Shown: positions 50,640 through 59,471 of the stretch, piece by piece
Layout of the letters: every line of letters starts with the position of its first letter
How positions within the stretch are numbered: position 1 is the first letter of the stretch
Origin: Calditrichia bacterium
GTDB lineage: Bacteria > Calditrichota > Calditrichia > RBG-13-44-9 > J075
NCBI GenBank assembly: GCA_020635015.1
Contig: JACKAP010000011.1
Span: 39,025-103,024, forward strand
Reading direction: 5' to 3'
Length of the DNA stretch: 64,000 nt
Program-made: the position numbers and the translations under genes
The notes under the pieces: model-generated
What the model saw: only the letters and a program-made list of their open reading frames with translations
What the model was told of the DNA's origin: nothing
Database searches by the model: none

Positions 50640-50681
50640 CCAATTTACCATTGCGCAATGACCATTAAGCATTTACCATTA
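50640..50681. repeat. ACCATTGCGCA-type units (relative of 35084-35125)
   Basis: ccaatttaccattgcgcaatgaccattaagcatttaccatta. It has the same left/right pairing with an octamer array as in the 34983-35125 intergenic region. Confidence 0.75.
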
Positions 50682-50793
50682 TAATCCCCTTCCGGCAACT
50701 GTGCCCGCCGTATACCGGAAAGGTTCCCCAAATTAATCTCCGGAGGTTGTGGAAACAATGAGTAAGTTCAGCAGGTGTGATGACTTTTGTCAT

Positions 50794-50980
50794 GATGTTT
50801 GCTCGCCGGCGCAGCCAGCAAATATCACGAGTGACGCGAGTAAACATCGCCGAAGGCAAACATCGTGAGCGAAGCGAACCAACATCGCTGGCGCAGTCAG
50901 CAAATATCGCCGCAGGCAAATATCACGAGCGCAGCGAGTAAACATCGCGCGGAGCGCAAACATCGCCGGCGCCGCCGGCA
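50794..50980. repeat. Degenerate array of the GATGTTTGCTCGC / GCGAGCAAACATCG family ending at the glgX stop codon
   Basis: One forward unit (gatgtttgctcgcc) is followed by about 8 reverse-orientation units ending in (a/t)atc(g/a). The terminal aaacatcgccggcgccgccggcaCTA parallels aaacatcgccggctacgccggCTA at the ggt stop. Confidence 0.85.
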
Positions 50981-53110
50981 CTACCCCGCAATCAACACCA
51001 CCACAGATCGCGGAGCGGCGGTATAACGCGAGGGATCGGGCAGGCGCTCCTCCCGGCCCGGCTCGACGATATCGCGCGGGGCATCGAAGGCGGTGTCGAG
51101 CACCCGGAGCCACTGCTGGCGGAAGAGAAGGCGGGGAAGCTGGAAGGTGAGGGGACCGTGGTAGGCATTGACGATGATGTAAATATCGCGGTCGGCGGGA
51201 TTGCCGTAGAGCTCCAGGGCCAGGGAGCGGGAGTGCTCCGACCAATCCGGCTGGTTAGCCTGAATCCCGTGCCAGCGGATGTGGGGGTGGTTCTCTCCGT
51301 GATGGTAGTCGAAGCTGGAGCGGCGCAGGTTGGGATGCTGCTTGCGGAACTCGATCAGCCGCTTGAAGAAGCGCAGCAGATCCTGCGATTCCCGGGTGGG
51401 CTGCCAGTTAATCCAACTGATGGGATTGTCGTGGCAGTAAGCGTTGTTGTTGCCGCCCTGGGTGCGGCCGAATTCATCGCCGGCCAGGATCATCGGCACC
51501 CCATGGGAGAGCAGCAGCAGGGCGGCATGATTTTTCATCTGCCGCCGGCGCAGGGCGTTGATCTCCGGATCGTCGCTCGGGCCCTCCTCGCCGCAGTTCC
51601 AACTGAAATTGGCATCGCTGCCGTCGCGGTTTTCTTCCCCGTTCTCCCAGTTATGCTTTTCGTTATAAGATACCAGGTCGCGCAAAGTAAAGCCATCGTG
51701 ACTGGTAATAAAGTTGATGCTGTGATAAGGCGCCCGCCCGCTGCCCTGGTAGAGATCGGCGCTGCCGCTCAGGCGAGTGGCCAGGGCGGAGACCAGCCCG
51801 TCTTCACCGCGCAGGAAGCGGCGGACGTCATCGCGGAAATGACCGTTCCATTCCGCCCAGCGCCCCCAGGCCGGGAAGCGCCCCACCTGGTAGAGCCCGG
51901 CGGCGTCCCAGGCCTCGGCGATCAGCTTGGTGTTGGCCAGGATCGGATCGTGGGCGATGCGTTCGATCAGCGGGGGATCGGCCAGCACCGATCCGTCGCG
52001 TCCCCGCCCCAGGATGGCGGCGAGATCGAAACGGAAGCCGTCGACGTGCATCTCGGTGACCCAATAATGCAGACACTCCAGGATCAGATCGCGCACGTTG
52101 GGATGGTTACAGTTAACGGTGTTGCCGCAGCCGGAATAGTTGTGATACATGCCGGTCACCGGATCGATGATGTAATAAATCGAATTGTCCAACCCTCGGA
52201 AGGAATAAGTCGTGCCGCGCTCATCCCCTTCGCCGGTGTGGTTGAAGACGATATCCAGAATCACCTCGATGCCGGCTTTGTGCAGGGCTTTGACCATCTC
52301 CTTGAACTCCCGCACCGGATTGCTGTCGCGGTTGCGGCTGGCGTAGGAAGCCTTGGGCGCAAAGAAGCCGATGGTGTTGTACCCCCAGAAATTGAGCAGC
52401 GGGGCACCGGAGTCGGGATGGAAGCGGTCGCTGTCCATCTCGTCAAATTCGTTGATCGGCAACAGTTCCACTGCCGTCACGCCCAGCTCTTTCAGGTAGG
52501 GAATCTTCTCGATCACTCCCCGGTAGGTGCCGGGGTGGGCCACTCCGGAGGAGGGATCGATGGTAAAGCCGCGCACGTGCATCTCGTAGATCACCGCATC
52601 GTGCAGCGGCAGGTTCAGCGGCTGATCGTATTCCCAGTCAAACGCATCGTTTACCACGATGGAGCGGCGATGATTGCGGGTAGGCGGGGTGCCGTTCTCT
52701 CCATTGCGCCGGTAAAGCTGTCCCCACTCCGGCGCGCCGGTATACGCTTTGGCGTAGGGGTCCAACAACACGATCTCCGGCTGGTAGCGGTGCACCAGCG
52801 GCTGCAGGTTGGGCTGACGGTCGACCCGGTAGCCGTAGCGGATCTCCCGGGAGATGCCCTGAATGAACATATGCCAGATGTCGCCGGTCTTATTGAAACG
52901 GGGATCGAAGGGCAATTCCAGCACCGATTCATTCTCCATCGGAAGATAGATCACCAGCGTCACCGCAGTGGCGTGTTTGGAGAGGAGTGCAAAATTGATT
53001 CCGTTCTCCCGGATTTCGCTGCCAAACGGCCGCGGCGATCCGCGCATGATCTGAAAATCGCTGCCGATGATGGTGTCGAGTTTTTCCTGCTTTGGCGTGC
53101 TTTCCCGCAT
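50981..53110 (-). CDS. glgX: Glycogen debranching enzyme (GH13 subfamily, GlgX type)
   Basis: Part of ORF 50981..53275. It shows GYNTIGFFAPKASYAS, VILDIVFNHTGEG, GFRFDLAAILGR, LIAEAWD and NFITSHDGFTLRDL. I set the start at ATG 53110 (MRESTPKQ...) because the upstream tracked codons read through a repeat element. Confidence 0.92.
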   Translation of the reverse strand: MRESTPKQEKLDTIIGSDFQIMRGSPRPFGSEIRENGINFALLSKHATAVTLVIYLPMENESVLELPFDPRFNKTGDIWHMFIQGISREIRYGYRVDRQPNLQPLVHRYQPEIVLLDPYAKAYTGAPEWGQLYRRNGENGTPPTRNHRRSIVVNDAFDWEYDQPLNLPLHDAVIYEMHVRGFTIDPSSGVAHPGTYRGVIEKIPYLKELGVTAVELLPINEFDEMDSDRFHPDSGAPLLNFWGYNTIGFFAPKASYASRNRDSNPVREFKEMVKALHKAGIEVILDIVFNHTGEGDERGTTYSFRGLDNSIYYIIDPVTGMYHNYSGCGNTVNCNHPNVRDLILECLHYWVTEMHVDGFRFDLAAILGRGRDGSVLADPPLIERIAHDPILANTKLIAEAWDAAGLYQVGRFPAWGRWAEWNGHFRDDVRRFLRGEDGLVSALATRLSGSADLYQGSGRAPYHSINFITSHDGFTLRDLVSYNEKHNWENGEENRDGSDANFSWNCGEEGPSDDPEINALRRRQMKNHAALLLLSHGVPMILAGDEFGRTQGGNNNAYCHDNPISWINWQPTRESQDLLRFFKRLIEFRKQHPNLRRSSFDYHHGENHPHIRWHGIQANQPDWSEHSRSLALELYGNPADRDIYIIVNAYHGPLTFQLPRLLFRQQWLRVLDTAFDAPRDIVEPGREERLPDPSRYTAAPRSVVVLIAG

Positions 53111-53140
53111 TATCGATCCGTTCCCTCTGTTTAAGGTCTT

Positions 53141-53251
53141 TTGCCACAGAGGCACAGAGAACACAGAGAGCTGACAAATGACAACGAACAACTGACAACT
53201 GACAACTGACAACTGATAACTAACTCTGTGATCTCTGTGCCTCTGTGGCAA
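53141..53251. repeat. Inverted repeat of GCCACAGAG 9-mers enclosing a CAACTGA heptamer array
   Basis: The left arm is ttgccacagaggcacagagaacacagaga. The reverse complement of the right arm is ttgccacagaggcacagagatcacagagtta. The loop contains caactga x4 plus variants. It lies in the divergent glgX/amylase region. Confidence 0.9.
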
Positions 53252-53431
53252 AGTTGTTTTACAGATTTTCAACACCGCTAAAGCGGATATTATAATTGTA
53301 GAAGCGGCTGAAAAAAAGAGCGATTATTTTTTTGCCTGATGAAAAAAGCTTGCTTTGTTTTTCCGGGATTGGTATGTTCCTGTCTTTTTTGAGAGGAATG
53401 AGGAAACCCGGATTGAGAACGGAGGCCTGAG

Positions 53432-55315
53432 ATGAGTAGAGGCACGATCCTTGGCATTTTTATGTTTCTGGTCCTGGTGTATAGCTTTAAACGGCTGCCC
53501 AATGACACCGATACCCCGCCGGAATGGGCCAGGCAGGCGGTATGGTACCAGATCTTCCCGGAACGCTTTTGGAACGGGGATACCCGTAATGACCCGCAAC
53601 TGCGCGACATGGAAGGCGGCTGGCCGTATTTTTTTCCGGCAAATTGGCAGGTCAGCCCCTGGACCAGCGACTGGTATGAGCTGCAGCCCTGGGAAAAGGG
53701 AATCGACTGGCACGAGCATTTCGACTGGGCTCAGCCCGGCGAAGCGAATTTTAACGCAGTGGCCGGCTTGCGCCGCTATGGAGGCGACCTGCAGGGGGTG
53801 ATCGACCGCCTGGATTACCTTCAAGACCTCGGCATTACCGCGATTTATTTCAATCCTCTGTTCGAAGCGGCTTCGCTGCATAAGTACGATGCCAGCATGT
53901 TCCACCATATCGACAACAATTTCGGGCCCGATCCGGAAAAGGATCGGGAGATCTGGGCCGCCGAGAACCCCGGCGATCCGGCCACCTGGCGCTGGACCAC
54001 CGCCGACAGCCTTTTCCTGAATTTGATCGATCAATGCCACCGGCGCGGTATCCGGGTGATCATCGACGGGGTGTTTAACCACACCGGCCGCGCTTTCTGG
54101 GCGTTTCAGGATCTGCTGAAGCACCAGCAGGATTCTCCCTATAAGGACTGGTACACGGTGCTTTCCTGGGACGATCCCAAAACCCCTGAGAACGAATTCG
54201 ATTACGCCGGCTGGGCCGGGGTGAAGGATCTGCCGGAAATTCGCGAAGATGAAAACGGCTTGCTGGAAGGGCCGCGCCGGCACATCAAGGCGGTGGTGCA
54301 TCGCTGGATGGATCCCAACGGCGACGGCGATCCCTCCGACGGAATCGACGGCTGGCGGCTGGATGTGGCGGAGAAGGTCAGCATCCATTTCTGGAAAGAT
54401 TTTTACCGCTGGGTGAAGGAGGTCAATCCCGAAGGGTATATCACCGGGGAGCTGTGGTGGGAAGACTGGGGGAAAAACAAAATGTATAATGCCGCCCCCT
54501 GGTTTGAAGGCGCATTCGATGCAGTGATGAACTACCGCTTTGCCCGGGCGGTCAAGAAGTTTGTGATCGATCAGAAAGATCAGATCCCGGCCTCTGCCTT
54601 TGCCGATTCCCTGCGGGCCCAGTACCGGGATTATGAGTGGAGCAATCTGCTGGTGTGTCAAAATCTCATGGGAAGCCATGATGTAGACCGGGTGGCTTCC
54701 CAGGTGGTCAATCCCGACCGCTGGTACGATCACGACGCCAATCCCATGCAAAATCCCGCGTACGATCCCCGCAAACCGAATGCGGAGGAATACCGCCGGC
54801 TGCGCCTGATCAGCGGCCTGCAGATGACCCTGCCTGGTGCGCCGATGATCTATTACGGTGACGAGGCCGGGATGTGGGGCGGGGATGACCCCGATCCGCG
54901 CAAGCCGATGGTCTGGCCGGAGCTGGAATACCAGCCGGAAAAGAACCATCCCCTGGGCCGCCCGCGTGATCCCGATCCGGTAACGTTCGACCGGGAATTG
55001 TTTGAGTGGCACCGCCGGCTGATCGCCCTGCGTAAAGCCCATCCGGCCCTTTCCCTGGGAGCAGTCGATTTCTTCCTGACCGATGATGAAAACCGGGTGC
55101 TGGGGTATCGGCGCTATCTGGATGGACAGGACCTTTTTGTGGTGGTGAACAACTCAGCGGAGACTGTATCGCTTCATCTAAACCTGGAGGCTTATGTTTC
55201 CGGCGATGTCCGTCTGACCAATTTGCTGGATGATCACCCGTTCCAGGGGCCGGGTGTTTCGCTGCCGGTTCAGTGCGAACCATATGAGATTCTGGTGCTG
55301 AAAGTCCAACCCTAA
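53432..55315 (+). CDS. Secreted GH13 alpha-amylase-family enzyme (neopullulanase/cyclomaltodextrinase-like)
   Basis: ORF of 627 aa with a signal-like MSRGTILGIFMFLVLVYSF, then GGDLQGVIDRLDYLQDLGITAIYFNPLF, RVIIDGVFNHTG, DGWRLDVAEKV, GELWWED and LMGSHDVDR. Confidence 0.9.
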   Translation: MSRGTILGIFMFLVLVYSFKRLPNDTDTPPEWARQAVWYQIFPERFWNGDTRNDPQLRDMEGGWPYFFPANWQVSPWTSDWYELQPWEKGIDWHEHFDWAQPGEANFNAVAGLRRYGGDLQGVIDRLDYLQDLGITAIYFNPLFEAASLHKYDASMFHHIDNNFGPDPEKDREIWAAENPGDPATWRWTTADSLFLNLIDQCHRRGIRVIIDGVFNHTGRAFWAFQDLLKHQQDSPYKDWYTVLSWDDPKTPENEFDYAGWAGVKDLPEIREDENGLLEGPRRHIKAVVHRWMDPNGDGDPSDGIDGWRLDVAEKVSIHFWKDFYRWVKEVNPEGYITGELWWEDWGKNKMYNAAPWFEGAFDAVMNYRFARAVKKFVIDQKDQIPASAFADSLRAQYRDYEWSNLLVCQNLMGSHDVDRVASQVVNPDRWYDHDANPMQNPAYDPRKPNAEEYRRLRLISGLQMTLPGAPMIYYGDEAGMWGGDDPDPRKPMVWPELEYQPEKNHPLGRPRDPDPVTFDRELFEWHRRLIALRKAHPALSLGAVDFFLTDDENRVLGYRRYLDGQDLFVVVNNSAETVSLHLNLEAYVSGDVRLTNLLDDHPFQGPGVSLPVQCEPYEILVLKVQP

Positions 55316-55331
55316 TCCGGACGCCGCTCCG

Positions 55332-57401
55332 ATGAAAGCACAAGCTGCATCCTCCAATGGGCCAAACTTGACACCGCGCCGGCGCCGCTGGTTCACCGTG
55401 GTGATGTTCCTGCTGCCGCTGCTGGCGCTGGCGCTGGCCGAAGCGTTGCTGCGCCTGGGCGGATACGGCGACCGCTATCCGCTGGTGTTCCAGGAAGAAC
55501 GTTTCGGCCGGGAAAAATACGTGGTCAACTCGCTGGTTACCCGGCGTTATTTTTCGCTTTCCGATGACCTGATCCCGGAGGCCGCCGACGAGGCGTTCGA
55601 TTTTGAAAAACGTCCCGGCGCACTGCGGGTCTTCTGCCTGGGCGGGTCCACTACCGCCGGTTTCCCCTTCGAGGTCAATGCCACTTTCCCTTTTCAATTG
55701 CAATACCGTCTGCGAGAGGCGCTGCAAAATAATTATGTCGAGGTGGTCAACCTCGGCATTTCCGCGATCAACAGCTACACCGTCTTGGACCTGATGCCGG
55801 AAATTCTGGCGCTGGCGCCGGATGTGCTGATCATCTATATGGGGCATAATGAGTTTTACGGCGCCCTCGGCAGTGCTTCCACCCAACGGTTGATTGGTGG
55901 GAGCCGGGGATTTATCCGCTTTTACCTGACCCTGCGCAAATTCCGCCTGGTGCAGCTATTGGAGTCGCTGATCGCGCAGATCTCGTCCGCCGGTTCAACT
56001 GCGCCGGATGCCCCGAACCGCTCCCTGATGCAAACCCTGGCCGGTGAAAACACGATATCCTATGATTCGGATCTCTACCGCACTACCGTCGAAAATTTCC
56101 GGGAGAACCTGAGCGAAATCCTGCTAATGGCTCGAAAGCAAGGAATCGCGGTATTGACCTCGACCCTGGTAAGCAACCTGCGCGATTTCCGCCCGTTTGT
56201 TTCGTCTTTTAGTGCTGCCGACACGCTGACCCGCAACCGCTGTGAGGCCCTTCTGCTGAAGGGGCGCAGCCTTCAGCAGCAGGGGGCATACGGCCCGGCA
56301 CTGGAGGTTTTTGCGCAGATCGCGCAACTCGACAGCACCGCCGCCGACCTGTCTTATTTCCAGGCCCGCTCCCTGGCTGCGCTGGGGGATACCCTGGCAG
56401 CACGTCGGGCGTATGAGCGGGCGCGCGACCTCGACAAGTTGCGTTTCCGTGCCGGCAGCGATTTTAACCGGGTGATCCGCGAAGTATCGCAGGCTGCCGA
56501 CATGCCGCTGGTCGATCTGGAAGCCGTTTTCCGCGCCGCCAGCCCGCAGGGAATCCCGGGCAGCAATCTTTTCGTGGAGCATCTCCATCCGAACTTCCCC
56601 GGATACCAGTTGATGGCCGAGGCGTTTTTCGAAGCGTTGAAGACCCTGCAGGTGATCAATCCGCCTGAGCCGATCGGTTGGCAAGATCCGCTGCTCGGCG
56701 TGCCGCAGGTGCGGGATGTCATCGCCCGCTACCGGGAAAAAAATGGGGGGGTGACCGAGCTGGACCTGGAGTTCGGACGGATGCGTAGCTTTTTCCTGAT
56801 GCACCGCTGGCCGTTCAGCGATTATCCGATGGGGATCGACGATTATATTACTGCAGCCTCCGATACGGTCAAAATGCTGGCGTCCCGCCATCTCAAAGGC
56901 GAACTCTTCTGGGACGGCGCACATTACAAACTGGCCACGCATTATGCCGGGCAGGAAGCGTTTGAGAAAGCCTTTGAAGAATACCTGGCGGTATACCAGG
57001 CGTTTCACGAAAATTACTTCCCGGCGATGAAGCTGGGGGATTTGTATTTCCGCCAGCAGAATTTTGCCGCTGCTCTGACCTGGTATGAACGGGCGCTCCG
57101 GGCCGATCCGGAGAATCCCCATCTTCTGGCCAAAGCCGGCAATGTGCAGGTGATGCGCAGCCGCCTGCCGGAGGCGATTGAATATCTGAGCCGGGCACTG
57201 CAAATCGATGCCGCACATCCGGTGCTTGACAACCCGCAAAAAACCACGGCCTACTACCTCCTCGGAATCAGCTATGCCAACCTGAAAGACTGGGCCGGCG
57301 CCGACCGTGCACTCGATCAGGCATTGGCAATTACGCCGAATTTTCCCCCTGCCCACCAACTGAAGGATCAGATTCGCAATTTTCAATCACAGAAGAAATA
57401 G
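55332..57401 (+). CDS. Membrane-anchored SGNH/GDSL-like hydrolase domain fused to C-terminal TPR repeats
   Basis: ORF of 689 aa. The N-terminal anchor is WFTVVMFLLPLLALALA. It shows RVFCLGGSTTAGFPF (a block-I-like motif) and IIYMGHNEFYG, and the C-terminal half consists of TPR-like helices. Confidence 0.72.
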   Translation: MKAQAASSNGPNLTPRRRRWFTVVMFLLPLLALALAEALLRLGGYGDRYPLVFQEERFGREKYVVNSLVTRRYFSLSDDLIPEAADEAFDFEKRPGALRVFCLGGSTTAGFPFEVNATFPFQLQYRLREALQNNYVEVVNLGISAINSYTVLDLMPEILALAPDVLIIYMGHNEFYGALGSASTQRLIGGSRGFIRFYLTLRKFRLVQLLESLIAQISSAGSTAPDAPNRSLMQTLAGENTISYDSDLYRTTVENFRENLSEILLMARKQGIAVLTSTLVSNLRDFRPFVSSFSAADTLTRNRCEALLLKGRSLQQQGAYGPALEVFAQIAQLDSTAADLSYFQARSLAALGDTLAARRAYERARDLDKLRFRAGSDFNRVIREVSQAADMPLVDLEAVFRAASPQGIPGSNLFVEHLHPNFPGYQLMAEAFFEALKTLQVINPPEPIGWQDPLLGVPQVRDVIARYREKNGGVTELDLEFGRMRSFFLMHRWPFSDYPMGIDDYITAASDTVKMLASRHLKGELFWDGAHYKLATHYAGQEAFEKAFEEYLAVYQAFHENYFPAMKLGDLYFRQQNFAAALTWYERALRADPENPHLLAKAGNVQVMRSRLPEAIEYLSRALQIDAAHPVLDNPQKTTAYYLLGISYANLKDWAGADRALDQALAITPNFPPAHQLKDQIRNFQSQKK

Positions 57402-57514
57402 AGTTAACTATAGATATTGTTGGATTTAAGCCCTGTTTGTTAAGGGGCCGGTAACGCCGGGTTTGGAAAAATGCCATTAATTGTTCATGAAAATGTTACA
57501 ATTAAAATTTTCTC

Positions 57515-57543
57515 TTGACTAATTCGTAATAATTTGTAAATTT
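57515..57543 (+). promoter_or_regulatory. Weak candidate promoter TTGACT - 16/17 nt - TAAATT
   Basis: tctcTTGACTaattcgtaataatttgTAAATTt lies in the AT-rich spacer upstream of the PPIase gene. It is followed by the hairpin gtcactct atgt agagtgac and a GC hairpin plus T-run near 57612-57635. Confidence 0.3.
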
Positions 57544-57703
57544 TTAGTCACTCTATGTAGAGTGACGCTTTGATTCCGGAGGAAAAGTCAGTGAGGTCTG
57601 CCACGATGTCCCGTCCCCGCGGCGGGGGTTCTTTTTCCTTTTGCTGGATCGGCTTCCTTCCTATTCCCGGGCGGGACCCTATAATGGGAAGGAACGATCG
57701 CGG

Positions 57704-59401
57704 ATGAGATGCTTTCCGGCCCAAATAATAGCGCTTGCCGGTTTATTGCTGCTATTTGCCTGTGGGGGAGATGACACTGCACATACCGCACTGGCAACAG
57801 TTGATGGTGCGACAATTGATGCGGATGAGTTCCGACCCCGGCTGCAGGAATTCCTCAACAGTTCCGGCCTGGAAGATTCACCGCAAGTACGTAGCCGTAT
57901 TCTTGATAATGTCGTCAATGAGTATGTGCTGGAAGACTACGTCGATGCATCCGGCTTGAAGCGCGATCCCAAATTACAGGCATTACTCGACTATCACCGC
58001 AAGAAAACCATCCTGGCTGCCTGGAAACAGGCGGAAATCAAAGATAAAATCGACTTAAGTGACGCCGATATTCGCGCCGAATTTCAGAAATCCCGGACTC
58101 GAATTCGGGCCCGTCACCTTTTTGCGCCGACTGAAAAAGCCGCCGACAGCCTGCGGCAGCTACTGCTGAACGGCGCTGCCTTCGAGGACCTGGCCCGCCA
58201 GGTATTCCGCGATCCCCGGCTTTCCCTGAACGGCGGGGACCTGGGCTACTTTACGGCCGGCGAAATGGATCCAGCCTTCGAGGAAGCGGCGTTTAACCTC
58301 CCACCTGGTGAGGTCTCCGTCCCGGTTCAAACTGAAAACGGCTACAGCATCATCCGGGTGGAGGATCGCCAGGTTGCCCCGCTGGTTACCGAAACCGAAT
58401 ATGCCAATCAGAAGAAAATCATCCGCCGCTACCTGCGTTGGAAGCGGGAAAAGCTGGGGGAGCGCGGCTATATCCGGGACGTTTTGAAAACCGCCGATCC
58501 CCGCTTTGACCGATCGGGGCTGTCGGCGCTTTTGGCGATCATCAAAGATCTCCAGGCCAACCCCTCCAGTCTGGATACCCTTTATATCAATCTTCCCCGG
58601 GATGTGCAGGATCAGTACGGCAGCCTATCCTGCGTTCAATTTGAGAACGAGAAATGGGATGTGCAGGCGGTTGTTGCCCGGTTAGCCCAGGTAGCGCCTA
58701 AACATCTCCAATTGGTGCAGGACGAAGCCAGCCTGAAAATGCTGCTGCAGGGCCTGGTAGCCCGGGAACTGCTCTACCAACGGGCGCTGGACATGGGCGT
58801 TGATGACCTGAAATCCACCCGGGAAGCGCTGGCGAAGGCGCAGCGTTATGCCAAATCCCGTTATATGCGCCTCATGGTGTACGATACGGTCGCGGTTCCG
58901 GAAGCTGAACTCCGCGAAGCTTATGAAAAGCGGCGTCATGAATACTACTTCCCGGAAGAAGTCCGGGTGCAGGTGCTGATTGCCGGCGATTCCCTGACGG
59001 CGCTACGTTTGCGCAAAATGGCGCTGGAGGGCAGCGATTTCACCGCACTGGTTCACCAACATTCGCTAGGAATAGGGGAGCGGAACCCCGATGGTATTTT
59101 TGACTGGTCGCCGCGCGGAAAATTTGGTACATTCGCCGATCAGATCTTTGAATTAAAGGTGGCGCAAATAACCGCTCCGGTGAAGGGGGAAGGATATTAT
59201 CTGCTGTTTAAGCTTCTTGACCGCCGGCCCCGGCGCGACAAGACCTTCTCGGAAGCCCGGGGTCAGATAGAAGCTGAATTGCTGCCACCGCGGCAGCGCG
59301 ACCGTTTTCTGGAATTTATCCGCCGCGAGCGCCGGCAGCGCCAGATCGTCAAAGATCCGGATGCACTGGCAAAAATGCCGCTGATAAAATCGGCTGCTTG
59401 A
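57704..59401 (+). CDS. Parvulin-type peptidyl-prolyl isomerase lipoprotein (SurA/PrsA-like)
   Basis: Part of ORF 57641..59401. I set the start at ATG 57704 (MRCFPAQIIALAGLLLLFACGG lipobox). The parvulin core is RARHLFAP...GGDLGYFTAGEMDPAFEEAAFNLPPGEVSVPVQTENGYSIIRV. Confidence 0.85.
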   Translation: MRCFPAQIIALAGLLLLFACGGDDTAHTALATVDGATIDADEFRPRLQEFLNSSGLEDSPQVRSRILDNVVNEYVLEDYVDASGLKRDPKLQALLDYHRKKTILAAWKQAEIKDKIDLSDADIRAEFQKSRTRIRARHLFAPTEKAADSLRQLLLNGAAFEDLARQVFRDPRLSLNGGDLGYFTAGEMDPAFEEAAFNLPPGEVSVPVQTENGYSIIRVEDRQVAPLVTETEYANQKKIIRRYLRWKREKLGERGYIRDVLKTADPRFDRSGLSALLAIIKDLQANPSSLDTLYINLPRDVQDQYGSLSCVQFENEKWDVQAVVARLAQVAPKHLQLVQDEASLKMLLQGLVARELLYQRALDMGVDDLKSTREALAKAQRYAKSRYMRLMVYDTVAVPEAELREAYEKRRHEYYFPEEVRVQVLIAGDSLTALRLRKMALEGSDFTALVHQHSLGIGERNPDGIFDWSPRGKFGTFADQIFELKVAQITAPVKGEGYYLLFKLLDRRPRRDKTFSEARGQIEAELLPPRQRDRFLEFIRRERRQRQIVKDPDALAKMPLIKSAA

Positions 59402-59471
59402 GCGTGCTTCTCGAACATGTTCTTGAATCGAGATATGTTATTGTAAAAGCTAAATTAACAGGAGAGATTTT

